Below the pieces are notes generated by a model, which was not told the origin of the DNA, ran no database searches, and was given only the letters and a program-made list of their open reading frames with translations. 64,000 bases of DNA from Bdellovibrio sp. (GTDB taxonomy: Bacteria; Bdellovibrionota; Bdellovibrionia; Bdellovibrionales; Bdellovibrionaceae). The position numbers and the translations under genes are program-made. The DNA is taken from assembly GCA_036677065.1 (NCBI GenBank), contig JAKFBS010000001.1, positions 416,001 to 480,000 of the forward strand, in the 5' to 3' direction. How positions within the stretch are numbered: the first letter of the stretch is position 1; each line of letters begins with the position of its first letter. This document shows, piece after piece, positions 20,142 to 28,945 of the stretch.

Positions 20142-20198
20142 TGGGGCAAATTTCACCAAAGCACCCAATTAAATCACTAAATTGGGCACTTTGCCGCG
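20142..20198. promoter_or_regulatory. Two further GGGCA…TKC palindromes, candidate activator sites
   Basis: TGGGGCAAATTTCACCA and TGGGCACTTTGCCGC. Confidence 0.4.
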
Positions 20199-20215
20199 GT
20201 ATTTGATTACAAAAA

Positions 20216-20407
20216 TTACAAAGATTGCTCAAGACGCAGCAAACGGTGCTCGATCATTCGAGTCATAGGTATGACATAGTCATGCAGAATTTGTTTTGAA
20301 AACTCTTTTATACGTGTCGTAGCTGTAGAGGTCGTTGAGCGATGTGTCGCAGTTTTTTTATCGCCACGTGTGTCTGCGCGATGATGTTTTTTTTGAGTTT
20401 TGGTCAT
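20216..20407 (-). CDS. Small basic hypothetical protein (63 aa)
   Basis: SD GGAGG before ATG; sigma54 site upstream. Confidence 0.65.
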   Translation of the reverse strand: MTKTQKKHHRADTRGDKKTATHRSTTSTATTRIKEFSKQILHDYVIPMTRMIEHRLLRLEQSL

Positions 20408-20448
20408 AATTGCCTCCGTGTTTGAAAAATAAATATTGTAAGCGCTAT

Positions 20449-20464
20449 TGCAATTTGAAAGCCG
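20449..20464 (-). promoter_or_regulatory. Putative sigma54 promoter
   Basis: CGGCTTTCAAATTGCA. Confidence 0.65.
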
Positions 20465-20473
20465 CGAAGTTGT

Positions 20474-20489
20474 TGGAAAGAATTTTGCT
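20474..20489 (+). promoter_or_regulatory. Putative sigma54 promoter for the hemerythrin gene
   Basis: TGGAAAGAATTTTGCT. Confidence 0.65.
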
Positions 20490-20503
20490 TAACTTAGTTT
20501 ATT

Positions 20504-21112
20504 ATGGTGAACAAACCCGCTTATGGACGTGATTTTGACCGTGATAAGAACCTAACCTATCGCCCGCAGGATGAATCCGGCGATTTGGAACATATTTCGC
20601 CGTTCTTTGCCCCGATGCCCAGACCAGATAGTGTGGTTAATATTATCATCCGACAGCATCAAGAATTACGCGAATACATTCATGTGCTTAAAATGGCAAA
20701 TTCAACTTCTGCAGAAAAGCAAAGTGCCCTGCTTGATTTTGTGAATCTGTGGCTGGCGCATGCGCAAGCCGAAGAAAACACGCTGTATGAAGAGGTTACT
20801 TTTTCTTCTGAATTAAAACCACTTTTAGATGAAGCTTTTGAAGAACATGCGATCGCCCAAATTTTAATTGAAGAGCTTGAAGCTTTAAACTTTCGTTTAA
20901 ACTGGAATTCTATGATTCAAATTAAAGCAAAGACTTTGGCTGAAGTTGTCGAACATCATCTTAAAAACGAAGAAGAAACCTATTTAAAATTAATTTTAGA
21001 TTTGCTTCCGCAAGAAGATCTGCAATTGCTCGGGCGCGAGTTCGCACGCCAATTTGAAGCAATTGCAGCTCATAACAAAGTCTCACTTAAGCCTTCGCGC
21101 GTTTTATCTTAA
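20504..21112 (+). CDS. Hemerythrin (HHE) domain protein
   Basis: QHQEL…AHAQAEENTLY…AFEEHAIA…VEHHLKNEEE. Confidence 0.85.
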   Translation: MVNKPAYGRDFDRDKNLTYRPQDESGDLEHISPFFAPMPRPDSVVNIIIRQHQELREYIHVLKMANSTSAEKQSALLDFVNLWLAHAQAEENTLYEEVTFSSELKPLLDEAFEEHAIAQILIEELEALNFRLNWNSMIQIKAKTLAEVVEHHLKNEEETYLKLILDLLPQEDLQLLGREFARQFEAIAAHNKVSLKPSRVLS

Positions 21113-21120
21113 TCGCTATC

Positions 21121-21429
21121 TTAGTAGTGATGCTGCGAAGCCTTTGTTTGCAGATGGCGAGGCGTCATATTAGAACTAATTTTTTCTAACATCCTTTTAA
21201 AAAATATTTTTACTTTTTTACTAAAAGGATCGTTTTCAAACCAACCCCAATCAGCATTGTATTCAGGAGTCACTCCTCCTTCGTCTTCCCATTTTTCTAG
21301 TTGTAATTCTGTAGGTTCTGGGTGCTGACGTTGTAAAAATTTATCGAACTGTGCTTCTGGATTGGCCGGTTTAAAGTATTTTTCATCAGGCACTTGGTGT
21401 GCGGGGTGAAGAGTTTTATCGTTGCCCAT
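21121..21429 (-). CDS. Small hypothetical protein with WEDEGG motif
   Basis: SD AAGGAGG; LEKWEDEGG. Confidence 0.7.
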   Translation of the reverse strand: MGNDKTLHPAHQVPDEKYFKPANPEAQFDKFLQRQHPEPTELQLEKWEDEGGVTPEYNADWGWFENDPFSKKVKIFFKRMLEKISSNMTPRHLQTKASQHHY

Positions 21430-21471
21430 AAAGCCTCCTTAGTTTTTCTTCGCACTAACTAGAAATATAAT

Positions 21472-21487
21472 TGCAAACTTAAGGCCT
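21472..21487 (-). promoter_or_regulatory. Putative sigma54 promoter
   Basis: AGGCCTTAAGTTTGCA. Confidence 0.6.
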
Positions 21488-21521
21488 GCGTCAGTTTGTG
21501 GAACTATGCCCTGGCATCGCG

Positions 21522-21537
21522 TGGTTATTAAATTGCA
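21522..21537 (+). promoter_or_regulatory. Putative sigma54 promoter for the BON-ferritin operon
   Basis: TGGTTATTAAATTGCA. Confidence 0.65.
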
Positions 21538-21550
21538 GATTAAATGGCAG

Positions 21551-21862
21551 ATGAAATACTTAATTCTGAGTCTGTTTATAACGCCAATAATACCCGTTTC
21601 GGCTGCGCTGAATGGTCGCGAAGGTATTCCGTATCAAGGATCTGAAGATTTAAAAACTACGGCACGTGTGCATGACCGCTTAAAAACCAACGTTCGTAAT
21701 TATAGTAGCGATAGTTTTACAATTTACACCCAAACAGGACGAGTCACCATTCAAGGACGAGTGAAATCGACAGCTGAAGTAAATGATATTATCAAAACAG
21801 CTCATAAAGTTCCGGGGGTAAAACAAGTGATCAATCATCTGATCGTTGATTCAAATTTATAA
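21551..21862 (+). CDS. Secreted BON-domain protein
   Basis: Signal peptide from MKYLIL (21551); GRVTIQGRV…AHKVPGVKQVINHL. Confidence 0.8.
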   Translation: MKYLILSLFITPIIPVSAALNGREGIPYQGSEDLKTTARVHDRLKTNVRNYSSDSFTIYTQTGRVTIQGRVKSTAEVNDIIKTAHKVPGVKQVINHLIVDSNL

Positions 21863-21873
21863 GGAGTAAGCTT

Positions 21874-22437
21874 ATGGAAAAAAATGTAAATGGCTCAAAT
21901 TCATTATTTAATATTCAGGAAATTCGCCGTCATGCAATGACATCAATGAATCAAGGTGCAGTGACTGGTGATTATCCCTTAGATATAGAAAAAGCCTGCC
22001 AAATTTTAAATGAAGCTTTAGCCACTGAAATTTTATGTGTGTTGCGATACCGCCATCATGCCATTGTGGCAAAAGGTATTAATTTTCCACAAGTTGCTGC
22101 CGAATTTAAAAACCATGCCGCCAATGAAGACGAACATGTTTGGGCTTTAGCAGAGCGTATTGATCAGCTGGGCGGTGATCCTGATATGAATCCAGCAACG
22201 ATTGGGGCTAGATCTGCGACTGAATATGGAAGCTCTGGCGATCTCTTAGAAATGATTCGCGAAGATTTAGTCGCAGAACGTATCGTGATTGAAGTTTATC
22301 GCCAAATGATTGATTGGTTTGGGCATAATGATCCAACGACCAGACGATTGCTTGAAAAAATATTGGCCGATGAAGAAGAGCACGCCAACGATTTGGCCGA
22401 TTTGTTAGTCACCGCAAGTCGTAAAAATTTAAATTAA
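21874..22437 (+). CDS. Bacterioferritin/Dps-like ferritin family protein
   Basis: LNEALATEILCVLRY…ERIDQLGG…EDLVAERI…DPTTRRLLEKILADEEEHA. Confidence 0.9.
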   Translation: MEKNVNGSNSLFNIQEIRRHAMTSMNQGAVTGDYPLDIEKACQILNEALATEILCVLRYRHHAIVAKGINFPQVAAEFKNHAANEDEHVWALAERIDQLGGDPDMNPATIGARSATEYGSSGDLLEMIREDLVAERIVIEVYRQMIDWFGHNDPTTRRLLEKILADEEEHANDLADLLVTASRKNLN

Positions 22438-23066
22438 TTTTTTTCTTTTGTAATATTCGGGTATTTTTCTTGGATTAAATATTTTAATCCAAGCATTATG
22501 CCGTAATGACTGCCGGATTCGTTTTGCTTTTCAGTGACAGATAGTCCATAGCGAATATCTGAGATCACAGAATAACGATCACGCTGCCATAATTCAGTCT
22601 GTATTGAGATATCCACACCATAATCAACCGTATCACGAGCTGAGGTATCAATGTTTTCGCCGACTGGAAATTCACTATGTATAATTTGTGGTTGGTTAAG
22701 CGGGTAAGACGATGAAAAAGCTAAAGAAGCAGACCAAAGGGGGCTTATCCAGTAACGGTAGCCCATGGTGATGTGCATAAGTTCAGTTTTTTCTGCAATG
22801 GTGATGTCATTGCTTTCGCGAATATAAACTTTTTGCATGTGAAACATGGCAATTTCCAGAGCACCAATTTCATTAATATCACCCTGAACAATCAGACCAA
22901 GATCGCCAAAAACCGGAGCTTTGGCGCCAGTCGATGAAAAAGGATAATCAGTGCGTGAAACAAACGGGCCGAATATAGCTGTTACGTTACCTTCCTGAGG
23001 TTCGTACGCCAAACTTTCCAGGCAGAACATCAAAAATAGCAGAAATAAAACTTTTACGTTTGTCAT
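22434..23066 (-). CDS. Secreted, probable small outer-membrane beta-barrel protein
   Basis: Signal peptide; aromatic alternating strands (MGYRYW, DIRYG, LGLKY). Confidence 0.55.
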   Translation of the reverse strand: MTNVKVLFLLFLMFCLESLAYEPQEGNVTAIFGPFVSRTDYPFSSTGAKAPVFGDLGLIVQGDINEIGALEIAMFHMQKVYIRESNDITIAEKTELMHITMGYRYWISPLWSASLAFSSSYPLNQPQIIHSEFPVGENIDTSARDTVDYGVDISIQTELWQRDRYSVISDIRYGLSVTEKQNESGSHYGIMLGLKYLIQEKYPNITKEKN

Positions 23067-23113
23067 AAGGCAAGATTACGGTTGATGATAATAAAAGTAC
23101 AATCAAAAAAATT

Positions 23114-24055
23114 ATGGGGATTTTTCTGCGCAAGTTATTCTTTCTATTGAGCTGTTTTGTCATGAGTTTGCCGGCTTACGCCGAAAAAAAACCTCAGGAT
23201 GCCGAACGCTCTGAGTGGGAAGACATATTTATTCAAAGTAACAAAGATATTTCAACGTGGTTTGACGGTTTTACGGAAGGTATTGATTTGTTTCTGGTCG
23301 GCAAACGCGTCAGCAAAGAAAAAAATAAATCCAGCTTTCGCATTGATAACACCACTACAGTTACTGAAACTGAAAATTTTAATAATAATACAAGTCTTTC
23401 AATTAAGCCGCGCTTGCAGAATCTTGAAGAATTCATGCAGTTAAAATTCACTTCTTACGATGAAAATGAAGAAACCCGCGGGGTTGAAAGTGGTTATTTA
23501 CGTAAAACTCAGCGTAAAAAAAATTACGGGGCAACGGTCGGATTTATTCGTAAATTAGGAAAAGTTCGTACCACATTTCAACCGCGCATCACCCTGCAAG
23601 ATCCGTTAAAAGTCGCGCATTCTTTAGAGTTTGAAAGTGTCGCTGAACATAAAAAGTTTCAAACGAATCCAAAATTTGAATTATTTGCAGATCCAGATAA
23701 GGGGGCCGGAACCTTTCAGGCGGTCAATTTTCATTATGAGATTAATCCGGTGTATGCACTAACTTTTATTAATGAAGGCGAATACCAGGAAAAAATTCAT
23801 AAACTGCTGGTAACTAACGGTATAATCCTTGGTCAGGAGTATTCAGAGAAAACGGGTTTTTCATATGGCTGGATTTTTAATTCACATAATCGCGAAAGAT
23901 ATCATTTAGATGCTCATAATGTTTCTGTAACTTGGCATCAAAATATTTATCGCAACATTTTAGATTTTCAACTAACCCCGCATATAAATTTTGAAAAAAT
24001 TTATCGCTTTAAGGGGCGAACAGGATTAATTTTCAATATCAGCATCAATTACTAA
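23114..24055 (+). CDS. Secreted, probable outer-membrane beta-barrel protein
   Basis: Signal peptide …PAYA; beta pattern; ends FNISINY. Confidence 0.55.
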   Translation: MGIFLRKLFFLLSCFVMSLPAYAEKKPQDAERSEWEDIFIQSNKDISTWFDGFTEGIDLFLVGKRVSKEKNKSSFRIDNTTTVTETENFNNNTSLSIKPRLQNLEEFMQLKFTSYDENEETRGVESGYLRKTQRKKNYGATVGFIRKLGKVRTTFQPRITLQDPLKVAHSLEFESVAEHKKFQTNPKFELFADPDKGAGTFQAVNFHYEINPVYALTFINEGEYQEKIHKLLVTNGIILGQEYSEKTGFSYGWIFNSHNRERYHLDAHNVSVTWHQNIYRNILDFQLTPHINFEKIYRFKGRTGLIFNISINY

Positions 24056-25065
24056 AGTCGTACTAAGGCAGAAGCCCAGGTAAAACCAGCTCCAAACGCC
24101 ACCATCGAAATAGTCATGCCAGGTTTAAGTTTTCCGGCTTCAAAAGCATCCCACATCCCCAAAGGAATAGTCGCCGCCGTGGTGTTGCCGAATTTATGAA
24201 TGGTCGTGTGTGCACGCTCTATCGGAATTTTCATGTCTTCACAGATTTTTTGATTGATGCGCGCATTGGCTTGGTGAAAAAAGTGCATATCCACATCTTT
24301 CAAAGCAATACCAGTGGAGCTTAAAGCTTCGTTTAAGACTTCAGGCATTTTTGTTACGGCATGGCCAAACACCAAACGTCCGTTCATTTGCGGAAAGATC
24401 TGTCCATTATCAATCATTTCATGGGTAATGCGAGTTGGTCCAAATGCGCTTCCAGGAACTGGCATCCATAGTTCAGAGGCCGAAGAACCATCGGCGTGTA
24501 ATTTAGTGGTGAGCACATGTGGATCTTTAGATTCATCTTTAACATCGGTCTGCTGTAAAATCACAGCGCCTGCGCCATCAGCGAAAATAATTGTAACACC
24601 TTTGCCGTTCGGAGATTTATCTAAGCCTTTAGATTGCACTTCACAACCGATCACGACAGCGCATTTGTACTGGCCGCTTGAAATATATAGATTAGCTAGT
24701 GAAATTCCATAAATAAATCCAGAACAAGCTTGGCGAATATCAAAATATGGAATTCCGGGTAAGCCAAGTTTTGCCTGAACAAAAGCGGCACAGCCCGGAA
24801 TATCCGTATCTGGGCTTGAAGTCGCAACAACAATAAGATCAATATCTTTCACATCAATTTTGGCATTTTGGATCGCGACTTTTGCAGCTTCAACAGCTAA
24901 ATCAGACGTGGATTGTTCATCCAAAACCCAGCGGCGCTCAGCAATGCCTGTGCGTTGTTGAATCCATTCATCAGTGGTGTCTAACATTTTTTCAAGATCG
25001 GTATTTTTAATTACTCTTGAAGGAACATACCCACCGAAGCCGGTAATTTTTGCTGCTTTTTTCAT
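24052..25065 (-). CDS. fabH: 3-oxoacyl-ACP synthase III
   Basis: DTTDEWIQQRTGI, QACSGF, HQANARI, FGNTTAATIP, FGAGFTW. Confidence 0.92.
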   Translation of the reverse strand: MKKAAKITGFGGYVPSRVIKNTDLEKMLDTTDEWIQQRTGIAERRWVLDEQSTSDLAVEAAKVAIQNAKIDVKDIDLIVVATSSPDTDIPGCAAFVQAKLGLPGIPYFDIRQACSGFIYGISLANLYISSGQYKCAVVIGCEVQSKGLDKSPNGKGVTIIFADGAGAVILQQTDVKDESKDPHVLTTKLHADGSSASELWMPVPGSAFGPTRITHEMIDNGQIFPQMNGRLVFGHAVTKMPEVLNEALSSTGIALKDVDMHFFHQANARINQKICEDMKIPIERAHTTIHKFGNTTAATIPLGMWDAFEAGKLKPGMTISMVAFGAGFTWASALVRL

Positions 25066-25086
25066 ACCTAATTTTAACGAGAATAG

Positions 25087-26232
25087 TTAAACTTTGGCTA
25101 GCTGAAATTTTTCAAATCTATTCAACTCGTCTTCAATGCGTTGTTTTGTCGTCACACTTTTATGTTTACCAATCCAAGTCCACTGTTGAATAAGCAATTT
25201 ACGTTTTTCGCGATCGGTCTTTAAATCTATGACGGCTTTTATTTGGTTATCCACAAGAATTGGTAATGCAAAATATCCGAAAACTCGTTTAGTTTTTGGC
25301 AAATAAGCCTCAAAACGATGGGCATAATTAAAGAAAAATTCTAAACGTTTGCGCTGAATAGTTAAAGGGTCAAAGGGCGATAAAATATGCACTAAATTAG
25401 AAGGTTTTACTTTGTTTTCAAAAATTTCAGGTGTCGTGTATAAAACTGATTTTTCTTGTCCCTTTACAGCGACTTCAATCAATTGCTTTTTTTTGATTCT
25501 GTCAGCAATAAGCGTTTTAACTTCGTTTTTACGCTGCGCTTTTTCTAAGTGGCAAATGCTATCAATATTTACTAAAGCCTGCGAGCGCAAGGCGCGATCT
25601 AACATGTAATTGCTGACTTCTAAGTTGCTGGCAGCTTTTGGTTTGGCTTTCCAGTTAAAATGCCGCGCTGATAATTCGTATTTTTTTAGCATCCCTAAGC
25701 GTTCACTGATAGTCAGTTCGCCAGTATGAAACCCCAGCTGCAAAGCTTTTTTTGAAGGTTTTTTACTGCCCCAGGGATGTTTTTTTTCGACCAAGACCTC
25801 ATCTTCAATATCACGAATAGATAGGGCGCCTTCGCGTTTAATGTTACTGAGCACTTTTTTAAATTCTTCAGGCTGCACAGTTGAAAACCATTGGCCAGGG
25901 TCGTCTTTACGCCGTTTCATATCACCCATAAAAAAACGATAATCACTGGTCGGCACATAGGCCAAAGCGTGGGTCCAATATTCAAAGATTGATTTATCAA
26001 GTGTTTGGGCGCGATGAAGGTCGGGCACTTTGTAATTAGGAATTCGCGTGTATAAAATGTGGTGGTGACAGCGTTCGATGACGCTAATGGTATCAATTTG
26101 CACATAGCCTAAATGAGCCACGGCATTCGCGACAGCCTGCGGCCCTTTGCCAAACGGATTTGCAACGTTCAGACATTGGGCATCGAGCAATAAATCTTGG
26201 GCTTCTGCCTGAGAAATAATTTGAATCATCAC
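25087..26232 (-). CDS. ycaQ: YcaQ/AlkZ-family winged-helix DNA glycosylase (interstrand crosslink repair)
   Basis: LGYVQIDTISV (QxD), FEYWTH, ILSPFDPL, FEAYLP…RVFGYF. Confidence 0.8.
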   Translation of the reverse strand: MMIQIISQAEAQDLLLDAQCLNVANPFGKGPQAVANAVAHLGYVQIDTISVIERCHHHILYTRIPNYKVPDLHRAQTLDKSIFEYWTHALAYVPTSDYRFFMGDMKRRKDDPGQWFSTVQPEEFKKVLSNIKREGALSIRDIEDEVLVEKKHPWGSKKPSKKALQLGFHTGELTISERLGMLKKYELSARHFNWKAKPKAASNLEVSNYMLDRALRSQALVNIDSICHLEKAQRKNEVKTLIADRIKKKQLIEVAVKGQEKSVLYTTPEIFENKVKPSNLVHILSPFDPLTIQRKRLEFFFNYAHRFEAYLPKTKRVFGYFALPILVDNQIKAVIDLKTDREKRKLLIQQWTWIGKHKSVTTKQRIEDELNRFEKFQLAKV

Positions 26233-26255
26233 GTGTTTCTTTCTAAGATCAATTT

Positions 26256-26828
26256 ATGAATTTAGCACTTTATTTAGCATTAGCTGCATTTCCATATACA
26301 ATACCAGTTGGTTTTTTTTCTTACAAAGGTAATGTCGTCACTGAAAATCTTCGTATTGCTGAAGTAGTTGATCACACTGTGCAGGCCGGTAAAGACCGTA
26401 TTGCCGAATTACGCAAAGATAAATTTACCTGTATTCGCCAAAGCCAAGTTAAAACGATTTGTTCGAAAAACACAGGGCCTGTTGAAACACCTGAAGAATT
26501 TAAGCAAGCGGTGGCTAAAAAATTGCAAAATTTTACTTTTGATTTTTCTAAACCTGAAAATGAACCACAAAGTTACCAAGACATTTCACAAACGCACACT
26601 TATAATGTTTTTGCGCCGGTACGTTTAGGTGGAAAAACAATTTCAATGTATCAATTCGTGCATTACTACGAAACGGGAAAACAAGTTTTAGCTTTTCCAG
26701 TCAGTGAAGATCAGCCCATCGGCAATTTAGTTTGGGTCAACAATGAATTAGGATTAACTTTAGTGGTTAGTCAAAAAGTCGGCGTGCAGACTTACGGATA
26801 TATTTTAAAAGCTTATTACAGCAACTAA
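26256..26828 (+). CDS. Hypothetical secreted protein
   Basis: 190-aa ORF with short hydrophobic N-terminus; first gene of a plus-strand run. Confidence 0.6.
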   Translation: MNLALYLALAAFPYTIPVGFFSYKGNVVTENLRIAEVVDHTVQAGKDRIAELRKDKFTCIRQSQVKTICSKNTGPVETPEEFKQAVAKKLQNFTFDFSKPENEPQSYQDISQTHTYNVFAPVRLGGKTISMYQFVHYYETGKQVLAFPVSEDQPIGNLVWVNNELGLTLVVSQKVGVQTYGYILKAYYSN

Positions 26829-26841
26829 GACGGAGAATTTT

Positions 26842-27375
26842 ATGAAATGTTACTGCCAATCAAACCTTGAATTTAGTGAATGCTGTGAGCCCTATTTAAA
26901 AGGCGAAAAACTTGCTCCGACCGCTGAAAAATTAATGCGTTCTCGTTATTCAGCATACGCGACAGCTAATATTGATTATTTGAAAAAAACTTTGGCTCCT
27001 GAATCACGCAGCGATTTTGATTCTGCGACGACAAAAAAATGGGCGCAAAGCGCGAAATGGAAAGGCCTTAAAATCATGTCTGTCGATAAAGGTACAGAAA
27101 ATGATACTAAAGGCACTGTTGAATTTACAGCCACTTACGAACAAGACGGTGAAGGTTTAGATCATCACGAAGTTTCAACATTTCGTAAATCTGATACTGG
27201 TGAATGGTACTTTATTGATGGCGATGCGCACACTCATCGTGAAGGTGAAGATCATCACCATGCTAAGCCACAAACTGTGGTGCGTGAAGAAGCTAAAGTG
27301 GGGCGTAATGAACCATGCCCTTGTGGCAGTGGCAAAAAATATAAAAAATGCCACGGCAGCTTAGAAGCTGAATAG
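26842..27375 (+). CDS. ychJ: YchJ family protein with SEC-C motif
   Basis: CYCQS…CC…[13 protein letters not shown]…[24 protein letters not shown]. Confidence 0.9.
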   Translation: MKCYCQSNLEFSECCEPYLKGEKLAPTAEKLMRSRYSAYATANIDYLKKTLAPESRSDFDSATTKKWAQSAKWKGLKIMSVDKGTENDTKGTVEFTATYEQDGEGLDHHEVSTFRKSDTGEWYFIDGDAHTHREGEDHHHAKPQTVVREEAKVGRNEPCPCGSGKKYKKCHGSLEAE

Positions 27376-27382
27376 ATTTAAA

Positions 27383-27811
27383 ATGGCGCAGCAAATAGTA
27401 GTTATCCAAAGTCAAAGTGAGTTAGAGCAGGTTTACCCGCTCATGAAGGAGTTGCGCCCTCATATCACTCTGCAAAATTTTTTAGATATTTATCAGCAAT
27501 CACATAAAACCACAGGCTATGAAATTGCAGCGTTAAAACAAGATAACCAGATTTTGGCGATTATGGGTTACCGTATATTATATGATTATGTGCATGGTAA
27601 ACACTGTTACATTGATGATTTAGTTTCATCAGAGCCACAACGATCAAAAGGTTACGGGGCAGAGCTATTAAAGTACGCTGAACAATTTGCTCAAAGTAAT
27701 GGATGTACTGGTTTGCGTTTATGCACGGGTATTGAAAACGAGCGTGGAAAAAATTTCTACGAAAAAAATGGCTGGAATTTGCGGGCTATTGTTTACAAAA
27801 AGAAAGTCTGA
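27383..27811 (+). CDS. GNAT family N-acetyltransferase
   Basis: YIDDLV…QRSKGYGAELL…FYEKNG. Confidence 0.88.
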   Translation: MAQQIVVIQSQSELEQVYPLMKELRPHITLQNFLDIYQQSHKTTGYEIAALKQDNQILAIMGYRILYDYVHGKHCYIDDLVSSEPQRSKGYGAELLKYAEQFAQSNGCTGLRLCTGIENERGKNFYEKNGWNLRAIVYKKKV

Positions 27812-27840
27812 ACAATAGCCAAAAGGACTCTTAATTCCTT

Positions 27841-28863
27841 ATGGTGTATTTTTCTATTTACGAATATTGGTGGTTTTATTTAGGTTTCATCGCCTTTGTT
27901 GCTTTTGTGCTATCACTTGATCTTGGGATTTTTCATAAAAAAGCTCATGTAGTTTCAGTAAAAGAAGCCGCGACCTGGACTGGCGTGTGGGTTAGTTGTG
28001 CCATCGTATTTAATATTCTTTTTTATTATTATTGCCATTACGTTCTTTCGCAGCGGGCCTCGTTGATGCAGTTGCCAGGGTTTGATCCAGAACTCACGGC
28101 AAAAAATCTGGCGATGGAATTCACAACAGGCTTTTTAATCGAGAAAGCCCTGGCTATTGATAATATATTTATCTTTGCAGTGGTTTTCTCTTATTTTGGT
28201 ATTCCAAGAATATATCAACACCGGGTTTTATTTTGGGGAATCTTCGGCGCACTTATTTTTCGCGGTATATTCATCGCCATCGGCGCTGAATTGATGCAAT
28301 ACCAAAATGTCGTTATCTTTTTTGGTGTACTGCTTATTGCTACCGGTATTCGCTTGGTTGTCATTCGCGACAAAGAGCCCGATCTAAGTAAAAACTTTTT
28401 TTTGCGTCAAATGAATCGCTTTCTAAATATCGACCATCAGTTATCCGGCGATCATTTTTTTATTAAAAAAGAACGCAAATGGTTTGTAACGCCTTTATTT
28501 GTCGCTTTAGTTTCGATTGAGTTGTCAGATATTATTTTTGCCATTGACTCAGTGCCGGCCATTTTTGCAATCACCAAAGAGCCACTGATTGTATTTACCA
28601 GTAATGTGTTTGCCATTTTAGGTTTACGTTCGATGTATTTTTTATTATCTGGTGCAATTGATAAATTTAAATATATTAAATATGGATTAGCCGGGGTTCT
28701 GGTTTTTGTCGGTTTGAAAATGACCGTTCTAAATAATTATTATAAAGGGCATTTTCCAATCTGGCTTTCGCTCATAATAATTGTTTTGATTTTAACAACA
28801 TCAATTATTGCTTCACTGGTCCTCGACAAAAAACCAATTACTTCGACCAAGGTCTTACGCTAA
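27841..28863 (+). CDS. TerC/Alx family membrane protein
   Basis: EKALAIDNIFIF, DIIFAIDSVPAIFA, SNVFAILGLRSMYF. Confidence 0.9.
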   Translation: MVYFSIYEYWWFYLGFIAFVAFVLSLDLGIFHKKAHVVSVKEAATWTGVWVSCAIVFNILFYYYCHYVLSQRASLMQLPGFDPELTAKNLAMEFTTGFLIEKALAIDNIFIFAVVFSYFGIPRIYQHRVLFWGIFGALIFRGIFIAIGAELMQYQNVVIFFGVLLIATGIRLVVIRDKEPDLSKNFFLRQMNRFLNIDHQLSGDHFFIKKERKWFVTPLFVALVSIELSDIIFAIDSVPAIFAITKEPLIVFTSNVFAILGLRSMYFLLSGAIDKFKYIKYGLAGVLVFVGLKMTVLNNYYKGHFPIWLSLIIIVLILTTSIIASLVLDKKPITSTKVLR

Positions 28864-28945
28864 ATAGCCAGAACATCTTAGATTCTGAATATCATTTTGA
28901 TAGTCAAACTGACTCCCTATAGATTGAGAAAATGGGGATTCTTAT

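Noticed and set aside
27812..27840. yybP-ykoY Mn riboswitch upstream of the TerC/Alx gene
   Set aside because: Only about 30 bp intergenic; no recognisable motif
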